DNA from: Candidatus Iainarchaeum sp.
GTDB lineage: Archaea > Iainarchaeota > Iainarchaeia > Iainarchaeales > JAAZKV01
Direction of reading: 5' to 3'
DNA: 64,000 nucleotides
Assembly (NCBI GenBank): GCA_026397015.1
Contig: JAPLVR010000005.1
Coordinates: 32,001 to 96,000, forward strand
Shown piece after piece: positions 17,017-26,697 of the stretch. The notes under the pieces are model-generated. The model was not told where the DNA came from and searched no databases. It saw nothing but the letters and a program-made list of their open reading frames with translations. Each line of letters starts with the position of its first letter. Position 1 is the first letter of the stretch. The position numbers were made by a program, and so were the translations under genes.

Positions 17017-18090
17017 ATGCCTTCAAATGTTTCTTTCGAATTTGCGCTGGCGCAAAAAAAATATGACGCTGCAAGAACTCCCGAGGAAAAACTGATTGCG
17101 CTGCAGGAAATGAAATCAGCCGCCCCCTCGCATAAGGGTGCGGAGAATTTGCGTTCCGAAATAAACAGGCAGCTTTCTTCTTTGCGCGCAAAAATGGAGC
17201 GCCAAAAGAGCCAGTCCAAGCGCGGCTCCGCGCCGACAATTTACGTTAAGAAGGAAGGAGTGGGGCAGATTGTTCTTGTCGGCCCGCCTAACGGCGGCAA
17301 GAGCTGGCTCCTTAACAAGATTGTCGGAAGGGAAATTGCGGAAGTTACGCCATATCCTTTTGCGACAAAAATTCCAGTGCCCGCAATGTTGGATTATGCG
17401 GGCGGCAAAGTTCAGATTGTCGAGGTGCCCGCAATAATTCAGGGTTCCGCGCAGGGCAGGGCGCAGGGAAAAGAAATTCTCTCAATAATAAGGACCGCCG
17501 ATTCAGTCGTTCTTGTCTGTTCGGAAGAGGAGAGGCAGATGCTTGTGAATGAATTGGCGCTTTCAAATATTGTTGTGGGGCGCGACCGCCCGAGAATAGA
17601 AGTCAAACATTCCGAGTTTCAGGGAATCCAGATTTCCGGAAAACGTTTTTTGAATTTTCCTATCGGGCAGCTCGAAGGCTACCTGAAAAACATAGGGTAC
17701 TCGAATTCCAGCGTCATAATTTCCGGTCCGATAAATTCCCTTACGGATGTTTCCGAGGCGATGAATGAAAGGCTTACATATAAGCCGTGTCTTGTAGTAA
17801 ATCCAAATAAAATTTCCGACCATGATTTGCTTGATTTGCGCGACCAGCTTTTCCTTTCCCTTAATAAAATTCTTGTTTACACAAAAAAACCGGGGCATGA
17901 TGCCGAGATGACCGCTCCGCTTTCGATGCAGAAGGGTTCAACGGTAACGGATTTGGCAAAATCGCTGCACAAGGATTTTGCAAGAAATCTGAAGTTTGCG
18001 CGCGTCTGGGGCTCCGCCAAATTTCCTGGCCAGCGCGTCGGTCCAGAATACGTTCTGAAGCACCGCGATATAGTTGAAATTTCAATTTAA
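17017..18090 (+). CDS. DRG/OBG-family GTP-binding protein with TGS domain
   Basis: GPPNGGKS, YPFAT, C-terminal 'ARVWGSAKFPGQRVG..YVLKHRDIVEI'. Confidence 0.88.
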   Translation: MPSNVSFEFALAQKKYDAARTPEEKLIALQEMKSAAPSHKGAENLRSEINRQLSSLRAKMERQKSQSKRGSAPTIYVKKEGVGQIVLVGPPNGGKSWLLNKIVGREIAEVTPYPFATKIPVPAMLDYAGGKVQIVEVPAIIQGSAQGRAQGKEILSIIRTADSVVLVCSEEERQMLVNELALSNIVVGRDRPRIEVKHSEFQGIQISGKRFLNFPIGQLEGYLKNIGYSNSSVIISGPINSLTDVSEAMNERLTYKPCLVVNPNKISDHDLLDLRDQLFLSLNKILVYTKKPGHDAEMTAPLSMQKGSTVTDLAKSLHKDFARNLKFARVWGSAKFPGQRVGPEYVLKHRDIVEISI

Positions 18091-18164
18091 GCCGATTTTG
18101 CAATTTGAGTTGTTTTGCTGAAATGATTTGAAGATGCTGGGCCGGGTTGAAGATTTCGGTGCGG

Positions 18165-19010
18165 TTATTTGGCGCTGCCACTTACTTTTTCTCCTTTGCC
18201 CTGGCTGATGTAAAGAAACGCCGCTATTATGAAGATGACCGCCCCTATCGCCGCAAACAAAACGGAATAATCCGGTTCGAAGAATACGCTCAATTTTTTT
18301 TCGAAATAGTGCGGTCCGCTCTCGTCCATGTATCCATAAGCGAGGAATATTTTTTGTTCGCCTGAAATGTTTTGCGGCGCAACCGCCTCGAAGTTCGCGC
18401 CCCTTTCCCCTTTTTCTCCGAGATCCTCAAATGTTGCAGCCTGGCTTTTCAGCGTGAATCCCTGTGGCACTCTGAGCTCCGCCATTATTTTTTTCACGTT
18501 TTTTTCCTGCGGCGCGGAAATCATGAAATCGACAAAAACCCCTTGTCCCTCCGGAAAATTTTTTTTGCTTGCAGTTCCCTTTACCGAAACAGCGCTTTCT
18601 TTTGCCGTTACGACTGTTCCGATTACGTTTTCAAGCGGCTCCTTTTCCCCGTAGTAAACAAATATGTTTGATTTGCTTTCATCGAGCGAAATTATTTTTA
18701 CTTTTAATGCAAGCTCTTTTGTTTCCCCCGCCCCGATTGGGCTGATTGTTTTTACCATCGAACTCTGTTCTTCAGGGTCATTTTCATTCAGGAATCTCAG
18801 TGTTTTTCCGCTTTCCATTTTTAGGAAAATCTTTTCAATTTCCGCGCCCGAGTCGTTATGGACTTTTATTTTTAATATTCCTATTTCATTAATCAGCAGT
18901 TCTTTCCTGTCGGTTGAGAGGCTTATGAGGATTTCCGCGTTTGCGAAACCGATCAGCATTAAAAGCGCTACCGCCGGCAAAAGAATTCTTGCGCTAAAAT
19001 TCCTCTTCAT
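18165..19010 (-). CDS. Membrane-anchored surface protein (Ig-like/CARDB-like)
   Basis: Signal peptide 'MKRNFSARILLPAVALLMLIGFANA', beta-rich body, C-terminal TM. Confidence 0.7.
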   Translation of the reverse strand: MKRNFSARILLPAVALLMLIGFANAEILISLSTDRKELLINEIGILKIKVHNDSGAEIEKIFLKMESGKTLRFLNENDPEEQSSMVKTISPIGAGETKELALKVKIISLDESKSNIFVYYGEKEPLENVIGTVVTAKESAVSVKGTASKKNFPEGQGVFVDFMISAPQEKNVKKIMAELRVPQGFTLKSQAATFEDLGEKGERGANFEAVAPQNISGEQKIFLAYGYMDESGPHYFEKKLSVFFEPDYSVLFAAIGAVIFIIAAFLYISQGKGEKVSGSAK

Positions 19011-20298
19011 TTTCCCCTTCCTCTTTCTTTTTTTTCTTAAGGTAGAATGTTTCAAAAATGTACAGGCCGAACAGCGCCACCGCCAGAATTATTATTGCTT
19101 GTATTATTAATTCTTGCGGGAACTCCTGTGCCTGTTCTTCGATGCCCTGTTTCAATATTTCCAAAACATTTTTTTTCGCCTTTGCCGCCGCAATTTTTGC
19201 CTCGTCGTATCTTCCGCCGTTGTAATTGCTTACCGCATTTTTCCAGCTGGTTTTGAGCTGTTCAACTTCATCCTTTGCGACCCAGAAGCTTACATTTTCT
19301 TCAAGGAGTATGCTTTCAGCCGCCTTGTCAAGGGTTTGAAAGTTCTGGTTCGCCTTTGTTATGTCCTTGTCGCTGTTGTACATCAATTGCCACGCCTCGT
19401 TCCTTTTGAGCCTTGTCTGCAGCGTGGAATAGTATGTGTCGGCTTTGCTTGTCGAACTGAAAACCCCGTTTACTTGGTCCTTTATCAGGTCGCTTGCGCT
19501 GAACACCGAGTCGAGCACCCTCGCCCTTATCGGCATATCGAGGTTGCTGTTCAATGCGCTTTTTGTCGAGATGTCGATGCTTGTCAGCGGGCTTATCCCT
19601 TCTTTGAGCGAATTTATTTTTGAATTTAAATTTTCGTAATTCTCCTTCAGGCTTTCAACCTCCGTAAAGAATTCCTCGTATTTTTTTTGGTATTCGGAAA
19701 TCTGGTCCGTTGCGGGCTTTTCAAGGAATTCGGATTCAAATGCCATCGATTCCTCAACCCTTTTTGAAAGTTCGTTGCTTTGTTCCGCGACGCTTTCATA
19801 GCTCCCCATCAGCGCATCGGCGGGGCTCATAAGTTTTCTCGCTTCGTTGTCGCTTACTTTTTCAAGTTCGGTTTTCACCATGAGCACTTTTGCGGGCATT
19901 GCCGACAGCTCCTTTGCCGCGTCGTTCAGCTCGCTTTTTGTTGTTGTTGAAAAGCCCCAGCTTGCGCTGTAATTGTTTCTCAAATCAGCCATGCCTATTT
20001 TTACAATTGCTGCCTTTATCAGGTTCCTTGTTTTCACGGCGCCCGATTCGATGCTTCCGTCCGAACTCTTTACAGGGATATATGCATTTGTGCTGTTTTC
20101 AACAGTCGCTATTACAACCCAGTAGTCGGCTCCCGAGTCGATTACCTTCACCGCCTGTGTTGATTCTCCGCTCGAGATTAAATTGTTTGTAACTGAAACA
20201 ATATTGAACGCCTCTTCGAATGAAATCGCATAACAGGCGCCGCCCAGCACGAAAATCATCGTGATTATCAGCGCGATTTGGGCAATTTTCCTTTCCAA
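18994..20298 (-). CDS. Secreted coiled-coil protein with C-terminal TM anchor
   Basis: Signal peptide, long heptad helices, TM followed by KKKKKEEGENEEEF. Confidence 0.75.
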   Translation of the reverse strand: MERKIAQIALIITMIFVLGGACYAISFEEAFNIVSVTNNLISSGESTQAVKVIDSGADYWVVIATVENSTNAYIPVKSSDGSIESGAVKTRNLIKAAIVKIGMADLRNNYSASWGFSTTTKSELNDAAKELSAMPAKVLMVKTELEKVSDNEARKLMSPADALMGSYESVAEQSNELSKRVEESMAFESEFLEKPATDQISEYQKKYEEFFTEVESLKENYENLNSKINSLKEGISPLTSIDISTKSALNSNLDMPIRARVLDSVFSASDLIKDQVNGVFSSTSKADTYYSTLQTRLKRNEAWQLMYNSDKDITKANQNFQTLDKAAESILLEENVSFWVAKDEVEQLKTSWKNAVSNYNGGRYDEAKIAAAKAKKNVLEILKQGIEEQAQEFPQELIIQAIIILAVALFGLYIFETFYLKKKKKEEGENEEEF

Positions 20299-20373
20299 TT
20301 AAACCACGTATAAGAAATGGCTTCCTTATTATTAAAACCTTTCTTAGCTGCTTTCGCAGTCTTTTTTTTGCGG

Positions 20374-22776
20374 CTAAATTGTTATTTTTGTTTTTCCGTA
20401 TGATATTTTTTGTATGTTGTGCATCAGTTTCAGTTCTGCTTCCAGATTCTTCAGGGTTTGCGGCGCAACCGCTTCCTTTGTCGCGTCTTTGAGCGACAGG
20501 TTCGCGTCCTTTTTCGCCTTCCATATTGCTGAATTGAATTCTTCCAATTCTTTTCCAGATATTTTTGATTTGAATTCTTTTGTTTCCGGAAATTTTTGTT
20601 CGTGAATATTTTTTCCGAACAATTCTTTGTAAATGAACTGGTTTATTGCCGGATTTATGGGCGCCATTATTTCAAGCACTATTTTCAAAACCCCGCGAAG
20701 CGTTTTTACCGCAGCGTTTCTTTCCGCTTCGCTGAATTTCACCTTCGCATCATTGTTGTACGCCCTTCTCTTTACCACTTCAACGTAGTGCGAAGCAAAC
20801 TCATTTTTCACAAAATTTGTTATCCTTACAGCCGGGTTGTGGAAGTCGTACTTCGCGTACCTCTCCCTTGAAAATTTCTCGAGTTCGTGCGCCTCTGAGA
20901 GTATCCACTTGTCGATTTCCATGCGCTCCGCGTTTTTTTCCTGCGCGGGCGTAAGCTCAAACATCGAAATGAATTTTGAAACGTTCCACAGCTTTACAAG
21001 AACCGTCCCCGCATTTTCAATTCTCTCAAAAGAGCACCTGAAATCGGTTTTTTCCAGGTTTCCTTCAACCGCCGCCCATAACCTGAAAGGTTCCGCCCCG
21101 AATTTTTCAAGGATGTCGTGCGGGTCTATTCCGTTGCCCCTGCTCTTGCTCATCTTGTACCCTTTTTCATCAACTATATGGTAATTTATCCAAGCGTCCC
21201 TGAAAATTACTTTTCCCGTGAGCAGATAATCTTTCAGCAGGGTGTAGTACAGCCACGTTCTTACAATTTCTTTTCCCTGCGGCCTTAATGTGCACGGCGA
21301 ATTCTTTTCAAAGAATTTCGGCACCCTTTCATAACCCAGTATGTAAAGCGGCGTTATGCTCGAATCGAACCAAGTATCAAACACCCTTTCCTCGCCCCTG
21401 AATTCCGTTCCCCCGCATTTCTTGCACTTCCCGTTATACTTTTCCTTCCAGGGTTGCACGTATTTTCCTTTTTCCGCCAGTGCCGCCTCCCCGCATTTTT
21501 TGCAGTACCACAGCGGAATTTCCGTCGCGTAATACCTTCTCCTCGAAATGGGCCAGTCAATTGCAACCGAATCAATCCAATCCAACAGTATTTGCCTCGA
21601 CTTCGGCGCAAAGAATTTTACTTTCTTTGCAATTTCCTTCATTTTTTCCTTGAATTCAAGTTGTTTCAGATAAAATTCGGGCATCTCAATAAATTCCACG
21701 GCTGTCCCGCTTCTTTCGCTTACCGGCGTCCTGTGTTCGTTTGTGGGCGTAACCTTTTTCAGCAGCCCTTTGCTCCGCAATTCTTCAACCATTTTTTCCC
21801 TTGCTTCCGCAATCTTCATCCCTTTCAAAAATCCTGCGTTCTCGTTCATCGTTCCGTCTTTTCCAATTGTCACAATTCCTTTCAGTTTTTGTTCGATGAA
21901 AAACCTTATGTCCGTTAAATCCCCGTATGAGCACATCATCACGAGCCCCGTTCCTTTTTCCATTTCTGCTGCGGTGTGCGCCTTGCACGGCACCTCTTTG
22001 TTGAAAATCGGCGTGATTAGTGTTTTTCCGTTCAGGTGTTTGTATCTCCTGTCCTTCGGGTGGAATATTACCATCGCGCATGTGCAAATCAGTTCCGGCC
22101 TTGTCGTCGCGATTATTACTTCTCCCTCTTTCCCCGGCACCCCTTTTACCCTGAATACTACTTCGTAGAATTTTCCCGCCCTGTTTTCGTAAACGATTTC
22201 CGAATCAGCGATTGTCGTCTGCAGTTTCGGGTCCCAGTTTGTTGCTTTTTCATCTTCGTATACGAGCCCCTTTTTGTACAAATCAATGAATGTCGCCTGC
22301 GTCACCGCCCTATAGCTCGGCGAATCCGTTTCATAAACTTCGCCTATTTTTTCCCCTTTTTTCCAGCTGTTGAAAGAGATTCCGCATTTGAAGAACGAGT
22401 CCATGCTTTCCATTGATGACTCTTCCAGGAGCTTGTGGCAGTATTCGGTCGCCGCTTCCCTAGAAATTTTTGTGAAATCAACATTGAATTTTTTTTCCGC
22501 CCCTATTTCTATCGGCAGGCCGTTCCTGTCTAACCCAAGCGGGAACAGCACCTCGTGCCCCGTCATCCTCCTGTATCTTGCAAAGAAATCCATCAGTACG
22601 TATCCAGTCACCTGCCCTATGTGCACCGGCGTATTTACATACGGCGGAGGCGTGTCGATGGAATAAACCGGTAATCCGCTGTCTTCCTTGAAGTTGTAGC
22701 AGCCGCTGTTCCTCCACTCCGCGAATATTTTTTCGCCCATTTCTTTCGTGAAATTCTTTTCCTTTATGATTCCCAT
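20374..22776 (-). CDS. valS: Valyl-tRNA synthetase (archaeal type)
   Basis: IDTPPPY, HIGQ, ATTRPEL, GTGLVMMCSYGD, DWPISRRRYYAT, KMSKS. Confidence 0.95.
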   Translation of the reverse strand: MGIIKEKNFTKEMGEKIFAEWRNSGCYNFKEDSGLPVYSIDTPPPYVNTPVHIGQVTGYVLMDFFARYRRMTGHEVLFPLGLDRNGLPIEIGAEKKFNVDFTKISREAATEYCHKLLEESSMESMDSFFKCGISFNSWKKGEKIGEVYETDSPSYRAVTQATFIDLYKKGLVYEDEKATNWDPKLQTTIADSEIVYENRAGKFYEVVFRVKGVPGKEGEVIIATTRPELICTCAMVIFHPKDRRYKHLNGKTLITPIFNKEVPCKAHTAAEMEKGTGLVMMCSYGDLTDIRFFIEQKLKGIVTIGKDGTMNENAGFLKGMKIAEAREKMVEELRSKGLLKKVTPTNEHRTPVSERSGTAVEFIEMPEFYLKQLEFKEKMKEIAKKVKFFAPKSRQILLDWIDSVAIDWPISRRRYYATEIPLWYCKKCGEAALAEKGKYVQPWKEKYNGKCKKCGGTEFRGEERVFDTWFDSSITPLYILGYERVPKFFEKNSPCTLRPQGKEIVRTWLYYTLLKDYLLTGKVIFRDAWINYHIVDEKGYKMSKSRGNGIDPHDILEKFGAEPFRLWAAVEGNLEKTDFRCSFERIENAGTVLVKLWNVSKFISMFELTPAQEKNAERMEIDKWILSEAHELEKFSRERYAKYDFHNPAVRITNFVKNEFASHYVEVVKRRAYNNDAKVKFSEAERNAAVKTLRGVLKIVLEIMAPINPAINQFIYKELFGKNIHEQKFPETKEFKSKISGKELEEFNSAIWKAKKDANLSLKDATKEAVAPQTLKNLEAELKLMHNIQKISYGKTKITI

Positions 22777-22855
22777 TCTACAACACTACTGCTTTTTCAA
22801 TTAAAAACCTAATCCTCGAAACAAATATAAACTCTGTTTGCGTATTCGGTTGCGG

Positions 22856-23983
22856 ATGAATAAGAGATTGCTTTTGTTGTTGCTTATTGTGTTGGCAGCA
22901 TTCCCTTTCGCATTTGCAAACCCTATTAGCATTACAGACCCTATTTTTCTTGCCTCGGGCTTGATATTAGTAATTTTTGCAATTGATTTTTGCGGGGATT
23001 TTGTTGCTGCATTTTTTGCAAGCAAACTTCTCGGCGAAAAAAGAATTTTCGAAGAAGTTTCTATAAAGCAAATGTTCTCAATGCTGCTTGCAATAGCAAT
23101 TCTTGGGCTAATTGTAGATTTTATCGCAATGATTATTATTAGCTCTTTTAGCATTTGTAATCTTATGGCCCCGCAGCAGTGTCTTTTGCCTTATGAAAAT
23201 GGACTGATCGGGTTTATTTTTTCTTTTGGCATCGCTTTTGTGCTCTTATTTGTAACTGATTTTTGTATAATAAAGACTGCGAAAAAAATAAGTGTAAAAA
23301 AAGCGATTAAGTATTCTGTTATTTTAGCAATTTTAACAAATCCAGTGATTGCCGGGACTATTTTTTCAACCGGTTTTTTTATTATTAGCGCAGTGGTTAT
23401 CGTTGCGTTGTTTGGTTGGGTGTTTGAAAATCAAAAAAAACTGGCGAGTAATGATGAGTCCAGAATTTTTTCTAAGTGGGGCTGGATTATTTTTATTTTA
23501 CTTATTGCAGGAGTGTTTTTGTTTTTTGTCTCGCCTATTCCATCACCTCCTAATGTTGGTTCAGCGAGAGATAATATTGCGAATACTTTGAATGCCACCA
23601 AAAATGGCGGTTCTCAAACAAGCCAAAATTTTGCTCTTGTAAAAGGAGATGCTCTTACAGGTAAAGATTTTAGCAAATGGGGGTTTGACCAGCATTCATT
23701 GGTTTTTGCGACTCGTGGAATTCCTGAAGGTTTGATAGAAGTTGCGACTGCTTTTGGGGATGAAGGATTTTCACAATTTACTTATAAGAGCCCGACAAAA
23801 TTTAATGCAAAAGCGGCCGTTTATTGTGAGGCGACAGGCAACGTTTTGAAAGACGTGATAGAGGATAATAATTTGAATGCCGGTGGAGATATTGTTGGTT
23901 TAGATGGAATTTCGCTTTGTGGAATTGATGAGAATGGGGGTATGTATCAGCCCTGTTGTCTGGTTGTAATTAAGCGCGCCTAA
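22856..23983 (+). CDS. Multi-TM membrane protein with C-terminal extracellular Cys-containing domain
   Basis: 6-7 hydrophobic segments, then a soluble domain ending 'QPCCLVVIKRA'. Confidence 0.7.
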   Translation: MNKRLLLLLLIVLAAFPFAFANPISITDPIFLASGLILVIFAIDFCGDFVAAFFASKLLGEKRIFEEVSIKQMFSMLLAIAILGLIVDFIAMIIISSFSICNLMAPQQCLLPYENGLIGFIFSFGIAFVLLFVTDFCIIKTAKKISVKKAIKYSVILAILTNPVIAGTIFSTGFFIISAVVIVALFGWVFENQKKLASNDESRIFSKWGWIIFILLIAGVFLFFVSPIPSPPNVGSARDNIANTLNATKNGGSQTSQNFALVKGDALTGKDFSKWGFDQHSLVFATRGIPEGLIEVATAFGDEGFSQFTYKSPTKFNAKAAVYCEATGNVLKDVIEDNNLNAGGDIVGLDGISLCGIDENGGMYQPCCLVVIKRA

Positions 23984-24070
23984 AACAAGTTTCCTTTTTC
24001 GCCTTTTCCCCACTGTTTTTAAAGAAAACGCCTTCAACGTATTTATTGGATTTCTATCAGCTCTCATCGG

Positions 24071-24210
24071 AAAACGTTTTTGCCGAAGGCAATCTCTGTC
24101 GCGCAAAGCGAAGGCAGGGCTCTTAACCAGCCTCTAAAAAGGTTTTGCGTAGCAAAATCCATCGAGCATCAGCGAAGATGGATTTTTTCGCCAGCCTTTC
24201 TAAAAGGCTG
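24071..24210. repeat. Cluster of mini-hairpins ending in palindromic element copy B
   Basis: TTGCC-GAA-GGCAA, CGC-AAA-GCG, TTTTGC-GTA-GCAAAA, AAAATCCATC...GATGGATTTT, CAGCCTTT-CTA-AAAGGCTG. Confidence 0.65.
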
Positions 24211-24280
24211 GGGTTATAGTGTAGCGGTATCACGGTTGGCTCCAGACCAACAAACCGGGGTTCGAGTCCCCGTAACCCCA
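24210..24280 (+). tRNA. tRNA-Trp(CCA), intronless
   Basis: Acceptor GGGGTTA/TAACCCC-A, anticodon arm GTTGG-CT-CCA-GA-CCAAC, T-arm CGGGG-TTCGAGT-CCCCG. Confidence 0.93.
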
Positions 24281-24296
24281 CTTCAATTTTTTTGTT

Positions 24297-25082
24297 TTAA
24301 GTTATGAGATAATATTGTTCCCTTCTCCTTTCCAGCAGTTCGCCGCCCTCTTTCAAAAATTCGCACACGGCTTTTGTAAATACTTTTGAAGTTTTAATGT
24401 TTTTTGCCAGTTCCTCAAGCTTCTGGTTCGGATTCTTTTTGAACGATTCGAGCGCCTTTTTCATTATTCTGTTCAGCAGCCATCCTTCCATGATGTAGTA
24501 GTTTCCGTCGAAGCTCTTTACCCCCCTCAGTTTTCCTTCCTTTATTTCCCTTTCATTTTCCATGCAGAACTGCCTGACCGTCTCGTCATTTCTCACTACC
24601 AGTATTCCGTCCTTTTCGAGGCTGTATTCCTTCTGGTCCTTTTCAATGCCCGCCCGCTCTTCAATTTCTTTTTTTATTTTTGAAATTTCTTCCGTGTTCC
24701 CTTTCCCTTCTCCCGCACCCTCATCCCTGACCCTGTAGACGCCTTTCTGATAGCTCTCATTTAATTTGAACACAAATATTTTTCCTTCCGCAACCGATTG
24801 CAGTAAAGCTTTTTTTTGTTTTTCGTTCAGCCTTCTCTCGAACTTTCCTTCGACCAGTTCGCCCAGGTTTTTTTCTTTTTTTACCAGCCCGATTACCTGC
24901 TCTTTTTCTTCCGCGAGTCCATCGATTTTTTTCTCTTTTTGTTTTTCCTTTCCCTCGATTTCCTTGTCTATGAGCAAAAAAATCCCTTCGTTATTCGGTA
25001 TCAGCGAGTATTCCTTTCCTTCTTTCAGGAATTCTGTTTCCTCTTCGTTCAGAATGAGTTTCCCGTTTTCCAGCTTTGCCAT
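24297..25082 (-). CDS. Hypothetical charged protein, possible C-terminal winged helix
   Basis: 261-aa K/E-rich ORF, ends 'LEELAKNIKTSKVFTKAVCEFLKEGGELLERRREQYYL'. Confidence 0.7.
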   Translation of the reverse strand: MAKLENGKLILNEEETEFLKEGKEYSLIPNNEGIFLLIDKEIEGKEKQKEKKIDGLAEEKEQVIGLVKKEKNLGELVEGKFERRLNEKQKKALLQSVAEGKIFVFKLNESYQKGVYRVRDEGAGEGKGNTEEISKIKKEIEERAGIEKDQKEYSLEKDGILVVRNDETVRQFCMENEREIKEGKLRGVKSFDGNYYIMEGWLLNRIMKKALESFKKNPNQKLEELAKNIKTSKVFTKAVCEFLKEGGELLERRREQYYLIT

Positions 25083-25362
25083 GTTAAATTAACTAAATTG
25101 AAGAGGTTATTTAAATATCTCTAAACTTTCGTCTTTTGCTGTGGGAACTGCGGCGCGGTTGAAAGCAGCGAACCGGAGATTTGCAGGGGCATACTTGATG
25201 CGATACGCAGGCGGTTTGACGGGGTGTCTGCAGTCAATCCCGAGCCGGCAAATAGAATTGCCGGCGTAAGGGAGGTAGTTTATTTTGGCTGGCGGAATGG
25301 CCGCTGATTGCGGTCGAAACCATTAAATACTTGTTTTGGTCTATTTGTTATTAGCGGTTCTT

Positions 25363-25935
25363 ATGACATTTGACAAGAAAATTGTTTTTGCTTTGGTTGC
25401 TGTTTTGGCTCTTTCTGTTTTTGTTTACGCCACTGTTCAGGCGCCCGCTGCCGGAAGTTCTGTTGAGAAATGGTTTGCGTATTTGAATGCGCGGATTGTT
25501 GAACTTTCCACAAATGGTGGAAGCGTTGTCCCCGTGGATTCTGGGGACAATTCTGCAGTTGTCATTCAAGTAAAATGCACTGGTTGGGATGGCAGCCAGA
25601 AGTTTTGCGGGACGACCAAGGACGTTGGTTTAAAGGAACATAATGTTTGTTTTACCTGCAGTACCGAGTCAAGTTCCAGAAATATTTTAGCTTCGCTGGA
25701 TGGGGTCAAACTGGATTGTAGCTGGGATCCTCTTATCGATGGAATAAAGCCCTTTGATTTTACATCTGCACAGTGCAATGATGCATCAACCACTTTTGGG
25801 AATATGTTGCTTTATATTTCGCTAGTTGGAAATCCGATAATCCATACAGTTGGTGAAGGGGATAGTGAGCAAATAAACGATGTTACTATGTCTATAAAGG
25901 CGGTTCATTATTCCTATTATAATCAAGGCGACTAG
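25363..25935 (+). CDS. Secreted Cys-containing hypothetical protein
   Basis: Signal peptide 'MTFDKKIVFALVAVLALSVFVYA', six Cys; TATA at ~25322. Confidence 0.7.
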   Translation: MTFDKKIVFALVAVLALSVFVYATVQAPAAGSSVEKWFAYLNARIVELSTNGGSVVPVDSGDNSAVVIQVKCTGWDGSQKFCGTTKDVGLKEHNVCFTCSTESSSRNILASLDGVKLDCSWDPLIDGIKPFDFTSAQCNDASTTFGNMLLYISLVGNPIIHTVGEGDSEQINDVTMSIKAVHYSYYNQGD

Positions 25936-26145
25936 AAGAGCGCCCGTAATGAGCCATTTTTGGCTCGTTTTTTGCCCAATCGCAACCTTTATAAACCTTG
26001 AACGCACCAATATATGCGCAAGATAACTTTGATTAATTAAGAAGTTAATTAAGCCCCTTTGTGTGGGTTGGGGGCTTTTTTGGATTAACCAAGGGTTGTT
26101 TTTGTTGTTTGAATTGGTTTTTTTATTGTGCGGGAAATGGGTTTT

Positions 26146-26649
26146 ATGGGTAAAAGATTTGCAGCGCTTGCGGTTTTGCTTTTCGCATTAATCCTTGCCG
26201 GCGGGGCGCACGCTTTCATCGTTAAAGTTCCAGGAGAAATCGAAGTCATCGATCAATCCGCAATAAAGATTGAAGTAATAAACGATTCAAGTGAAACGAA
26301 GGATTTGTTGGTTAATTTTTTCGCAGCCGGTTTGGCTTCAAATGAAGTCGAAATAAAGGCGCCTATCGAAGTTCAGGACAATTCAAACGGAATAGTTTAT
26401 GTGAGGGTTTCAAATCCGTCAAATGATTCAAGAAGGGTGAGCGCAAGGCTTGAAGTTCACTTGGGAAACGATGTTGTGAAACGCGACATTATACTGATTT
26501 TCCCTGAAAAAGCGGTTGGTGAAAACGGCACATTCACAGGTTTTTTCGGCCTCTGGGGCGGCGGATTTTTGAACGCAATTGCAACATTGCTTGCAACAAT
26601 TTTTATTATTTTGCTTTTAGTTGCAATCGCGATAAAGGTGGCAGAGTAG
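26146..26649 (+). CDS. Small membrane-anchored surface protein (single Ig-like domain)
   Basis: Signal peptide, 'FTGFFGL' before the C-terminal TM. Confidence 0.75.
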   Translation: MGKRFAALAVLLFALILAGGAHAFIVKVPGEIEVIDQSAIKIEVINDSSETKDLLVNFFAAGLASNEVEIKAPIEVQDNSNGIVYVRVSNPSNDSRRVSARLEVHLGNDVVKRDIILIFPEKAVGENGTFTGFFGLWGGGFLNAIATLLATIFIILLLVAIAIKVAE

Positions 26650-26697
26650 TTTTGGTAATAAAAGTTTTTGGTGTTGGAAAATAAAGGGGTTGTTTTT

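Noticed and set aside
22612-22623. HIGQ instead of HIGH in ValRS as a sign of inactivation
   Set aside because: Variation at the last position is tolerated in class I synthetases, and all other motifs are intact.
24080-24307. 75-aa ORF spanning tRNA-Trp
   Set aside because: Overlaps a clear tRNA and the hairpin cluster; spurious.
25220-25278. TPP riboswitch or group I intron resemblance (GGGGTG..., GCCGGCGTAAGGGA; AATCCCGAGCC)
   Set aside because: Lacks the CUGAGA and ACCUGA cores of TPP and the R/S elements of group I introns; no RNase P GAGGAAAGUCC either.
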